The position numbers were made by a program, and so were the translations under genes. Below the pieces are notes generated by a model. That model was not told where the DNA came from, made no database searches, and saw only the letters and a list, made by a program, of their open reading frames with translations. Positions 1 to 8,847 of a stretch of 64,000 bases of DNA are shown here, in pieces. The DNA is from an uncultured Candidatus Rokubacteria bacterium (GTDB lineage: Bacteria > Methylomirabilota > Methylomirabilia > Rokubacteriales > CSP1-6), in the NCBI GenBank assembly GCA_963758635.1, contig CAVWWD010000005.1:128001-192000 (forward strand), written 5' to 3'. The stretch's first letter is position 1; every line of letters begins with the position of its first letter.

Positions 1-504
1 GGCCACCAGGCCCCAGCGGAGCCCTTCCTCGACGCCGCTGCGCGTCTCCGCCGAGATCGTCATGGCCACGAGGGCACCGGGAAGGGCGAGCCACCCGCTG
101 CCGAGCGCCCGCGCGAGGAGCACGTAGGTGCTCAGGCCGGGCAGGAGGAACACGCACCAGAGGAGCGCCTGGTACGCCGCCTCGGGAGAGAGAGCGCGCG
201 CGGACCCGAGATGGAGCAGCGCGCCCAGGTAGGCGAACCCGGGCGGATAGAACTGGAGCTCCGGATACCCGGCCCACCAGCCCGGGTTCCAGCGCCACGG
301 CGCCGGGCCGAGCGTGACGGCGTGCCACACGCGGTAGAGCTGGCCGGGATGATCGTCGAAGACGAGGAGCCCGCGCCCGAGCGCCGTCCACGCGAACGCG
401 AGCCCGTACGCCAGGAGCAGCGCCGGCGGAAGGATCCGCCCGAGGAGGTCGAGGGCTGACCGTGGGCCGGGCGCCGCTCGCGGCCCGCGCGCGCCGTCCG
501 TCAC
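1..504 (-). CDS. Integral membrane protein, PTPS-related/GT-C-like family; runs off window start
   Basis: Manual translation (not in ORF track): VTDGARG...LLVFDDHPGQLYRVW...WNPGWWAGYPELQFYPPGFAYLG with hydrophobic segments; GGAG before GTG. Confidence 0.6.
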   Translation of the reverse strand, partial: MTDGARGPRAAPGPRSALDLLGRILPPALLLAYGLAFAWTALGRGLLVFDDHPGQLYRVWHAVTLGPAPWRWNPGWWAGYPELQFYPPGFAYLGALLHLGSARALSPEAAYQALLWCVFLLPGLSTYVLLARALGSGWLALPGALVAMTISAETRSGVEEGLRWGLVA

Positions 505-566
505 GCTCCGGACCTGTCTCGCGTCCCTTCGCGCGCGTTCACGGTGCGCCGATCATACGCGATGCG

Positions 567-595
567 TTGACATTTCCCGTGCGCGCGTGTCTAGT
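567..595 (+). promoter_or_regulatory. Putative sigma70 promoter
   Basis: TTGACA-17-TCTAGT upstream of the MoaD-like gene. Confidence 0.4.
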
Positions 596-657
596 AGGCG
601 AAATCGAACGGGCCCGGCGCGATGTCGTGTTCGCGCGCCGGACAGGAGGAGAGGCGG

Positions 658-936
658 ATGGAGGTTCTCGTCAGGATCCCGACTCCGCTCCGCACGGTCA
701 CCAAGGGCGCGGCGGAGGTGCACTCGGCCGGTGACAACGTCGCCGGCGTGATCGACGATCTCGAGCGCCAGTATCCGGGCATGCGCGACCGGCTCCTCGA
801 GGCCAACGGCAGCGTCCGCCGGTTCATCAACCTGTACGTCAACGAGGAAGACATCCGCTTCCTCGACGGGGTCAAGACGTCGCTGAAGGCGGGAGACCAG
901 GTGTCCATCGTGCCCGCGATCGCCGGGGGCGCGTAA
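658..936 (+). CDS. MoaD/ThiS/CysO-family ubiquitin-like sulfur carrier
   Basis: RIPTPLR...RRFINLYVNEEDIR...IVPAIAGGA; GGAGGAGAGG RBS before ATG 658. Confidence 0.9.
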   Translation: MEVLVRIPTPLRTVTKGAAEVHSAGDNVAGVIDDLERQYPGMRDRLLEANGSVRRFINLYVNEEDIRFLDGVKTSLKAGDQVSIVPAIAGGA

Positions 937-1037
937 GCGGGCGGGCGGCCCGCATCATTCGCGAATGAAGACGGATCCTGAAGGGCGCGTGAGTCCGCTG
1001 AGCCCGGTCCTGCACAGGCCGCGGTAGGGCGTCGGGC

Positions 1038-2207
1038 ATGCGCGGCATCTCCCAGCGAGTGCAGGGGTTCACCGAGTCGGTGATCCGCGAGATGACGCGC
1101 GTCAACAACCAGTACGGCGGCATCAACCTCGCCCAGGGCATGCCGAACTTCCCGCCGCCGCCGGAGCTGGTGCAGGCGGCGCACCGCGCGCTCGACGGCG
1201 ACTTCCATCAGTACGCGATCACCTGGGGCACGCCGAGCCTGCGTCAGGCCATCGCGGAGAAGTACCGCCGCTTCTACGGCATGGAGGTGGAGCCCGACCG
1301 CCACCTCACCGTGTGCTGCGGGTCCACGGAGACCATGCTCGCCACGCTCCTCGCCGTGCTCAATCCCGGCGACCAGGTCATCGTCTTCGAGCCCTTCTAC
1401 GAGAACTACGCGCCAGGATGCATCATCGCCGGCGCCGAGCCGATCTGGGTGCCCCTCGAGCCGCCCGACTTCTCGTTCGATCCCGACCGCCTGGCCCGGG
1501 CGGTGACGCCGCGCACGCGCGCCATCATCTTCAACAGCCCCAACAACCCCTCGGGCAAGGTCTTCTCCCGGGCGGACCTCCAGGTCATCGCCGACCTCTG
1601 CCTCGAGCACGACCTGGTCGCCATCACCGACGAGATCTACGAGCACATCGTGTACGACGGCCTCGGCCACACCCCGATCGCGACGCTGCCCGGCATGGCC
1701 GAGCGCACGGTCACGATCTCGGGGATCTCGAAGTCGTACTCGGTGACGGGGTGGCGGATCGGGTACGCCGTCGCGAATCCCGAGCTGTCGGTGGGGATCC
1801 GGCGGGCCCACGACTTCATCACGGTGGGAGCGCCGCACCCGCTCCAGGAGGCGGCCGTCACCGCGCTCCGGTTCCCCGACGCGTACTACACGTACCTGCG
1901 CGAGAGCTACCAGGCGCGCCGCGATCTGCTCTTCGGCCAGGTGGAGTCCGCGGGCTTCGTGGCGTGGAAGCCGAGGGGCGCGTACTACATCCTGACCAAC
2001 GTCGCCCACTTCATGAAGCAGCACGGCTGCGCCGACGACACCGAGTTCGCGATGTTCCTGATCAAGGAGATCGGCGTCGCGACCGTGCCCGGCTCCTCCT
2101 TCTACGCGCATCCCGAGCTCGGCCGGACGAAGATCCGGTTCTGCTTCCCGAAGACCGACGACATGCTGATCGAGGCGGGCCAGCGCCTGCAGAAGCTCGC
2201 CCGTTGA
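1038..2207 (+). CDS. PLP-dependent aminotransferase class I/II
   Basis: INLAQG, NSPNNPSG, DEIYEH, SKSYSVTGWRIGY motifs. Confidence 0.92.
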   Translation: MRGISQRVQGFTESVIREMTRVNNQYGGINLAQGMPNFPPPPELVQAAHRALDGDFHQYAITWGTPSLRQAIAEKYRRFYGMEVEPDRHLTVCCGSTETMLATLLAVLNPGDQVIVFEPFYENYAPGCIIAGAEPIWVPLEPPDFSFDPDRLARAVTPRTRAIIFNSPNNPSGKVFSRADLQVIADLCLEHDLVAITDEIYEHIVYDGLGHTPIATLPGMAERTVTISGISKSYSVTGWRIGYAVANPELSVGIRRAHDFITVGAPHPLQEAAVTALRFPDAYYTYLRESYQARRDLLFGQVESAGFVAWKPRGAYYILTNVAHFMKQHGCADDTEFAMFLIKEIGVATVPGSSFYAHPELGRTKIRFCFPKTDDMLIEAGQRLQKLAR

Positions 2208-2358
2208 CTGGCTGGTGCCGGCCGGCGGGCCAGCGCCTGCAGAAGCTCGCCCGTTGACTGGCTGGTGCCGGCCGGCGGGCCAGCGCCTGCAGAAGCTCGC
2301 CCGTTGACTGGCTGGTGCCGGCCGGCCGGCCAGCGCCTGCAGAAGCTCGCGCGTTGAC
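2174..2358. repeat. Tandem repeat, 50-bp period, ~3.7 copies
   Basis: cagcgcctgcagaagctcgc recurs at 2181, 2231, 2281, 2331. Confidence 0.95.
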
Positions 2359-3640
2359 CCGGCTGCGGGCCGCCGCCCGCGACATCCTCGACGCCGCCCT
2401 CGCCGCTGCCGACACCCGTCCCCTCGTGGAGCGTGCGCTCGCAGGCCTCGCGCTTCCACGCGGTCGCCTCGTCGTCGTCGGGGCCGGGAAGGCCTCCGGC
2501 GCGATGGCCGACACGGTGGAGCGCGCCCTCGGCGACCGCATCGACGCCGGTCTCGTCGTGGTCAAGGACGGGTACGCCGTTCCTACGCGGCGGATCCGCA
2601 TGATGGAGGCGGGCCACCCCGTCCCCGACGAGCGCGGCGTCCTCGGAGCGCGAGAGATCCTGTCCTTGGCCGGAGCATCGGGGCCCGACGACCTCGTCCT
2701 CGTGCTGGTGTCCGGCGGCGCGTCCGCCCTCCTTCCCGCGCCGGCTCCGCCGATCACGCTCGGCGAGAAGCAGGCGCTGACGCGGACCCTGCTCGGAGCG
2801 GGCGCCACCATCGGACAGCTGAACGCGGTCCGCAAGCACTGCTCGCTGATCAAGGGCGGGCAGCTCGCTCGCGCCGCCGCACCCGCGCGCGTCCACTCGC
2901 TGCTCCTCTCTGACGTGATCGGCGATCCCGTGGACGTGATCGGCTCCGGGCCCACGGCGCCCGACGAGTCGACCTACGCCGTCGCCATGGGAATCCTCGC
3001 CCGCTTCGACGTGCGCGACCGCGTCGCCGCGTCGGTCGTCGATCGTCTCCGGGCCGGGTTGCGCGGCGATGCGCCGGAGACGCCGAAGCCGGACGATCCC
3101 GCCTTCGACCGCGTCGACAACGTCGTCATCGGCAACAACCAGCTCGTGACCGACGCCGCGGTGGCCAGGGCCCGCGCGCTCGGCTTCACCCCGCACCTGC
3201 TCACACGGTCCCTGGAGGGCGAGGCCCGCGAGGTGGCGCGCCAGCTCGCCGGGCTCGGACGTGACGTCCGGGCCGGGCGCGGTCCGGTGCCGAGGCCGGC
3301 GTGCATCGTGGCCGGCGGAGAGACCACCGTGACCGTAACGGGGAGGGGAGCCGGTGGCCGATGCCAGGAGCTCGGGCTGGCCGCCGCCCTCGAGCTCGAC
3401 GGCGCTCCCGGCGTGGTCGTCCTGGCCGCGGGGACCGACGGCACCGATGGCCCGACGCCGGCCGCGGGCGCCATCGTCGACGGCGGGAGCGCGGGGCGCG
3501 CGCGAGCGGCCGGCGACGATCCCGAGCGGCGCATGGCGGACAACGACTCGCACGCCGCGCTGTCCCGCACCGGCGACCTCGTGACCACGGGTCCGACGCG
3601 CACCAACCTGCTCGACCTGTACCTGGTCCTGGTGGAGTAA
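2354..3640 (+). CDS. Glycerate 2-kinase / MOFRL family (GckA/TtuD-like)
   Basis: GAGKA, HPVPD, SGGASAL, IKGG, SDVIGD, GGETTV, GTDGTDG, TGPTRTN; TTG 2354 preferred start. Confidence 0.88.
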   Translation: MTRLRAAARDILDAALAAADTRPLVERALAGLALPRGRLVVVGAGKASGAMADTVERALGDRIDAGLVVVKDGYAVPTRRIRMMEAGHPVPDERGVLGAREILSLAGASGPDDLVLVLVSGGASALLPAPAPPITLGEKQALTRTLLGAGATIGQLNAVRKHCSLIKGGQLARAAAPARVHSLLLSDVIGDPVDVIGSGPTAPDESTYAVAMGILARFDVRDRVAASVVDRLRAGLRGDAPETPKPDDPAFDRVDNVVIGNNQLVTDAAVARARALGFTPHLLTRSLEGEAREVARQLAGLGRDVRAGRGPVPRPACIVAGGETTVTVTGRGAGGRCQELGLAAALELDGAPGVVVLAAGTDGTDGPTPAAGAIVDGGSAGRARAAGDDPERRMADNDSHAALSRTGDLVTTGPTRTNLLDLYLVLVE

Positions 3641-3692
3641 GCGCACACGCCCACCCCGGCGGGCTGCTCGCCCAGTGGGCAAGGTGCGCTTA
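3638..3692. other. Long imperfect palindrome (terminator/REP-like)
   Basis: taagcgcac..gcccac...gtgggc..gtgcgctta. Confidence 0.55.
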
Positions 3693-3732
3693 GTCCGCGT
3701 TCGTCCTGAGGCGCGGATCGCGAACCCACCGG

Positions 3733-3768
3733 GTTATCCACACCTCTCCCACAGGTTCGGTGGATAAC
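3733..3768. promoter_or_regulatory. Inverted pair of DnaA-box-like motifs
   Basis: TTATCCACA at 3734-3742; GGTGGATAA at 3759-3767 (TTATCCACC on minus strand). Confidence 0.5.
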
Positions 3769-3795
3769 GTCGGCGCGCGCCAGCCCCTACTGCTA

Positions 3796-3876
3796 CGGGC
3801 GAGCCCGCGCATCAGACCAATGCCGAGCGGTGGGACTGTAGAGGCCCGTGGCGGTTACCGTATTCTGCGAGGGTCA
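3796..3876 (+). repeat. Dispersed ~80-nt structured element, copy 1 (candidate ncRNA/MITE)
   Basis: Matches reverse complement of 22545-22629 with 5 substitutions and 2 indels over the 76-nt core. Confidence 0.85.
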
Positions 3877-3931
3877 CCGGCGACCCGGCGCCCCCGGGAG
3901 GGTGAAGGCGCTGTGCTATCCTGGCGCGCGT

Positions 3932-4978
3932 ATGTCGCGTGCAAACCTGCTCGATCTCCTTCCGTCCGAGACGGAAGACCTCGCCGCGTCCCTGGGCGCC
4001 GCCCGGTATCGCGGGCGCCAGCTCGCGGGGTGGATCTTCGGCAAGGGCGTCTTCGATCTCGACGCGATGTCGGATCTCCCGCGCGACTTCCGCGAACGGG
4101 TCGCCGAGGGACATGCGATCTCCGTTCCCGAGATCGAGCGCGTCACGCCGTCGCAGGACGGCAGCGAGAAGCTGGTCGTCCGCATGGCCGACGGCGCCCG
4201 CGTGCAGTCGGTGCTCATGCCCGACGATGACCGGCTCACGCTCTGCGTCTCCACCCAGGTGGGCTGCGGCTTCCGGTGCGCGTTCTGCTGCACCGGCACC
4301 ATGGGGGTGGAGCGGGACCTGACCGCGGGGGAGATCGCCGGCCAGTTCCTGGCCGCGCGCCGGACGCTCGCCGCCGGATCGCGCATCACCCACGTCGTCT
4401 ACATGGGGATGGGCGAGCCCCTCGCCAACTACGCGGCCACCGTACGCTCGCTCCGTCTCTTCATCGACCCCCTCGCGATCGGGCTCTCGCCGCGGCGGAT
4501 CACCGTCTCCACCGTGGGCCTGGTGCCGGCGATCGAGCGGCTGGGGCAGGAGGGGCTCCGCGTCAGGCTGGCCATTTCGCTGCACGCCACCACCGACGAG
4601 ACGCGGGACCGCCTGATGCCAGTAAACAAGGGATTCGACCTCGAGGCGCTGCTCGCCGCCTGCCGCCAATTCCCGCTGCCCATGCGCCAGCGCATCACGT
4701 TCGAGTACGTCCTGCTCGACGGCGTGAACGACTCGCCGGACGACGCGCGCCGGCTCGTGAAGCTCTTGCGGGGCATGCGGGCGAAGGTCAACCTCATCCC
4801 GTTCAACCAGTGGGACGGGTCGGCGTTCGAGCGCCCGCCGCTCCAGCGCATCCTCGCCTTCCAGGCGCGCCTGCTCGAGCACGGCATCACCGCCACCGTC
4901 AGGTGGAGCAAGGGAGAGGACATCGGCGCGGCCTGCGGCCAGCTCGCCGAGGGAGTGCCGGCGGACACCGCACGATGA
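3932..4978 (+). CDS. rlmN: 23S rRNA m2A2503 radical SAM methyltransferase
   Basis: CVSTQVGCGFRCAFC, MGMGEP, ISLHA, FEYVLL, AACGQL. Confidence 0.95.
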   Translation: MSRANLLDLLPSETEDLAASLGAARYRGRQLAGWIFGKGVFDLDAMSDLPRDFRERVAEGHAISVPEIERVTPSQDGSEKLVVRMADGARVQSVLMPDDDRLTLCVSTQVGCGFRCAFCCTGTMGVERDLTAGEIAGQFLAARRTLAAGSRITHVVYMGMGEPLANYAATVRSLRLFIDPLAIGLSPRRITVSTVGLVPAIERLGQEGLRVRLAISLHATTDETRDRLMPVNKGFDLEALLAACRQFPLPMRQRITFEYVLLDGVNDSPDDARRLVKLLRGMRAKVNLIPFNQWDGSAFERPPLQRILAFQARLLEHGITATVRWSKGEDIGAACGQLAEGVPADTAR

Positions 4979-6339
4979 CGGCGCCGAACGACCGCGCGCG
5001 CCCCACGGTCGCCGTCTCGACGCTGGGGTGCCGGCTGAACCAGGTGGAGTCCCAGGAGATCCTGGCCCTCCTGGAGACGCGGGGATTCCGCGCCGCGCCC
5101 GCCGGCGAGCCGGCGGACGTGCGCGTGGTCAACACGTGCACGGTGACGAGCCGCGCCGACTTCTCCGACCGGCAGACCATCCGCCGCATCCGTCGCGAGG
5201 ATCCAGGCGCCGTGCTCGTCGTGACGGGGTGCTACGCGCAGACCGATCCCGACGCGGTGGCGCGCATCCCCGGCGTGGACCTGGTGCTCGGCAACCAGGA
5301 GAAGTACCGGCTGGCCGACCTCGTCGCGCCCCTGCTGGCTCGGGGGCGGGCCGCCGGCGCCGCTCCGCTGGTGGAGGTCGCGCCCATCGGCCTTGCGCGC
5401 CGCGTGCCGGTGGCCCCGCTCGCGAAGGTGACGGGCCGCTCGCGCGCCTTCGTCAAGGTCCAGGACGGCTGCCAGCATCGCTGCGCGTTCTGCATCGTGC
5501 CCGCGGCGCGCGGCGCGAGCCGGAGCCAGAAGCCGGAGGTCGTGCTCGAGCAGGTCGCCGCGCTCGTGGCCTCCGGGTATCCCGAGGTGACGCTCACCGG
5601 CGTGGACCTCGGTCACTACGGCTGGGACCTCACGCCCCGGTCGAGCCTCGCCGCCCTCGTGGGCCGGCTCGTCGAGACGCCGGGGCTCGGCTGGCTCCGC
5701 CTCTCCTCGATCCTGCCCGCGTACATGAGCCCGGCGCTCATCGAGGTCGTCGCCGGCTCTCCGGTGGTGGCGCCGCACCTCCACGTGCCGCTCCAGAGCG
5801 GCAGCGACCGCGTGCTCCGCCTGATGCGCCGGCCGTACAACGTGCGCATGTACCGGCGGCTCGTCGAGCGCCTCGCCGCCGACATCCCCGACCTGGGGCT
5901 CGGCGCCGACGTGATCGTGGGCCATCCCGGCGAGACGCCCGAGGACTTCCAGGCCACGCTCGACCTCGTGCGCGAGCTCCCGCTGTCCTACCTCCACGTG
6001 TTCTCCTACTCCGATCGCCGCGGCACCGAGGCCACGCGGCTCCCCGCCCGGGTGCCGCCGGGCACGGTGGCCGAGCGCAGCCGCGTCATGCGCGCGGCGG
6101 GGCGGGACAAGAGCCTCGCCTTCCGCCGGCGGCTCGTCGGCCGCGAGCACACCGCGCTCGTGCTGGAGGCGCGCGCCCGCGTCACCGGGCTCGCGGTGGC
6201 GCTGACCGGACACTACGTCGAGGTCCAGGTCGAGGCGCCCGACGGCCTCGCCCGGCGCTTCGTCGACGTGACGGTGACCGAGGCAGGCCCGGAGCGCACG
6301 CTGGGTCGCCTGGCCGCCCGGCAGGCCGTGCCGGCGTGA
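4975..6339 (+). CDS. mtaB: tRNA t6A37 methylthiotransferase
   Basis: TLGCRLNQVES, VNTCTVT, VTGCYAQ, KVQDGCQHRCAFCIVP, TRAM-like tail. Confidence 0.9.
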   Translation: MTAPNDRARPTVAVSTLGCRLNQVESQEILALLETRGFRAAPAGEPADVRVVNTCTVTSRADFSDRQTIRRIRREDPGAVLVVTGCYAQTDPDAVARIPGVDLVLGNQEKYRLADLVAPLLARGRAAGAAPLVEVAPIGLARRVPVAPLAKVTGRSRAFVKVQDGCQHRCAFCIVPAARGASRSQKPEVVLEQVAALVASGYPEVTLTGVDLGHYGWDLTPRSSLAALVGRLVETPGLGWLRLSSILPAYMSPALIEVVAGSPVVAPHLHVPLQSGSDRVLRLMRRPYNVRMYRRLVERLAADIPDLGLGADVIVGHPGETPEDFQATLDLVRELPLSYLHVFSYSDRRGTEATRLPARVPPGTVAERSRVMRAAGRDKSLAFRRRLVGREHTALVLEARARVTGLAVALTGHYVEVQVEAPDGLARRFVDVTVTEAGPERTLGRLAARQAVPA

Positions 6340-7241
6340 CGGCCCGCCGGCGGACGGCGTCGGCCGGCGAGGTGACCGTCGGGGTCATCGGCGGCAGCGG
6401 CCTCTACGAGATGGAGGGGCTCACCGGCGTGCGCTGGGTAAAGCTCCGAACCCCGTTCGGCGATCCCTCGGACGCGTACTGCGTGGGGCGCCTCGGGGAT
6501 CGCCGCGTGGTCTTCCTGCCCCGTCACGGGCGCGGACATCGTCTGCTGCCGTCCGAGCTGAACTACCGGGCGAACATCTGGGGGCTCAAGAAGCTCGGCG
6601 CGCAGGCGGTGATCTCGGTCAGCGCGGTCGGGAGCATGCGCGAGGAGATCCGCCCGCTCGACATCGTGGTGCCCGACCAGTTCTACGACCACACGAGGCG
6701 CCGCGTATCGTCGTTCTTCGGCGACGGCATCGTGGCCCACGTGGGGATGGCCCATCCGGTGTGCGGCGACCTCGCCGCGCGGCTCGAGTCGGCGGGGCAG
6801 GAGGTCGGGGCCACCGTGCACCGGGGCGGCACCTACATCTGCATCGAGGGCCCGCAGTTCTCCACGAAGGGCGAATCCGAGATCTACCGGCGGTGGGGCG
6901 TCTCGGTGATCGGCATGACCAACATGCCGGAAGCCAAGCTCGCCCGCGAGGCCGAGCTCTGCTACGCGACCCTCGCGCTGGCCACCGACTTCGACGTCTG
7001 GCATCCCGAGCACGACGCGGTCACGGTGGAGGCGGTGGTGGCGAACCTCATGAAGAACGTGACGACGGCGCGCGAGGTCCTGCGCCGGGTCATCCCGCGC
7101 GTGGCCACGCCGTGCGCCCACGGCTGCGGCGACGCGCTGGCGAACGCCATCATCACCGCGCCGGACGCGTTGTCCACCCGCGCGCGCCGCCGCCTGGCCC
7201 TCCTCATCGATCGCCACGTGCCCCCCCGCCGCCCCCGCTGA
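6336..7241 (+). CDS. mtnP: S-methyl-5'-thioadenosine phosphorylase
   Basis: GVIGGSGLY, PRHGRGH, NYRANIW, EGPQFST, GMTNMPEAKLAREAE, TDFDVW. Confidence 0.92.
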   Translation: MTARRRTASAGEVTVGVIGGSGLYEMEGLTGVRWVKLRTPFGDPSDAYCVGRLGDRRVVFLPRHGRGHRLLPSELNYRANIWGLKKLGAQAVISVSAVGSMREEIRPLDIVVPDQFYDHTRRRVSSFFGDGIVAHVGMAHPVCGDLAARLESAGQEVGATVHRGGTYICIEGPQFSTKGESEIYRRWGVSVIGMTNMPEAKLAREAELCYATLALATDFDVWHPEHDAVTVEAVVANLMKNVTTAREVLRRVIPRVATPCAHGCGDALANAIITAPDALSTRARRRLALLIDRHVPPRRPR

Positions 7242-7247
7242 TCCCAC

Positions 7248-8252
7248 ATGTCCGAGCCCATCAACGTCCTCGGCATCGGCAATGCGCTGGTCGACGTGCT
7301 GAGCCACGCCACCGACGAGTTCCTGGCCGGCGAGCGCCTCGCCAAGGGCACGATGCACCTGGTGGACGAGGCCCGCGCGCGCCAGCTCTACGCGGCCATG
7401 GGGCCGGGCGTGGAGGTCTCGGGCGGCTCGGCCGCGAACACGATCGTGGGCGTGGCGTCGTTCGGGGGCCGCGCGCAGTACGTCGGCAAGGTCCGCGACG
7501 ACCAGCTCGGCGAGGTGTTCGGTCACGACCTGCGCTCGACGGGCGTCGCGTACACCACGCCGGCAGCGACCGCGGGACCGCCCACCGGGCGCTGCCTGAT
7601 CCTCATCACCCCGGACGCCCAGCGCACCATGAGCACCTTCCTCGGCGCCTCGGTGGAGCTCGGCCCCGACGACATCGACCTGGCGCTGATCGCCCGGGCC
7701 GGCATCCTCTACCTCGAGGGGTATCTCTTCGATCCGCCGCGCGCGCAGGAGGCGTTCCGCGTGGCTGCGCGCGCCGCGCACGCCGCGGGGCGCCAGGTGG
7801 CGCTCACCCTGTCCGACCCGTTCTGCGTGGACCGTCACCGCGAGGCCTTCCTCGACCTGCTCGAGCACCACGTCGACATCCTGTTCGCCAACGAGGCGGA
7901 GATCTGCTCGCTGTTCCGGACCCCGGACTTCGACACGGCGCTCCAGGCCGTGCGCGGCCGGTGCGACCTCGTGGCGCTCACGCGCGGCCCCCGGGGGTCG
8001 GTGCTGGTCGCGGGCGACCGCGTCCACGTGATCGACGCCCACCCCGTGGCCGCCGTCGTCGACAGCACGGGGGCCGGCGACCTGTACGCGGCCGGGGTGC
8101 TCTTCGGCCTGAGCCGCGGGCTCGACCTGGCCACGTGCGGGCGCCTCGGCTCGCTGGCCGCCGCGGAGGTCATCTCGCACGTGGGCGCGCGCCCCGCCGC
8201 GCCGCTGTCCGACGCGGCCCGGACGGTGCTCTCTGGACGCGCAAGCCCTTGA
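7248..8252 (+). CDS. PfkB-family adenosine kinase
   Basis: GIGNALVD, SGGSAANT, QRTMSTFLGAS, FANEAE, DSTGAGDLYAAG. Confidence 0.88.
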   Translation: MSEPINVLGIGNALVDVLSHATDEFLAGERLAKGTMHLVDEARARQLYAAMGPGVEVSGGSAANTIVGVASFGGRAQYVGKVRDDQLGEVFGHDLRSTGVAYTTPAATAGPPTGRCLILITPDAQRTMSTFLGASVELGPDDIDLALIARAGILYLEGYLFDPPRAQEAFRVAARAAHAAGRQVALTLSDPFCVDRHREAFLDLLEHHVDILFANEAEICSLFRTPDFDTALQAVRGRCDLVALTRGPRGSVLVAGDRVHVIDAHPVAAVVDSTGAGDLYAAGVLFGLSRGLDLATCGRLGSLAAAEVISHVGARPAAPLSDAARTVLSGRASP

Positions 8253-8278
8253 CATTGCTCCCAGGGCCGGCGTAGGTT
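8249..8278 (+). promoter_or_regulatory. Putative sigma70 promoter of cox operon
   Basis: TTGACA-18-TAGGTT. Confidence 0.5.
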
Positions 8279-8354
8279 CAGAGGCGTTTTCGCCAGCCCT
8301 GGAACTCTCGAACCGTCGAGGACGCGCACACCTCATCCCCAGGAGGGAGCGGCG

Positions 8355-8828
<474 letters not shown>

Positions 8829-8847
8829 CGGCGCGGGAGGGCCCATC

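Noticed and set aside
2174..2358. CRISPR array
   Set aside because: Units are identical end to end with no unique spacers; no cas genes.
3733..3768. oriC
   Set aside because: Only two good boxes, no AT-rich unwinding region, no dnaA/dnaN nearby.
3820..3876. tRNA-Tyr-like or group II intron domain V reading of the dispersed element
   Set aside because: No T-loop or CCA; the CCGAGCGG part is not kept in copy 2; no proper domain V stem.
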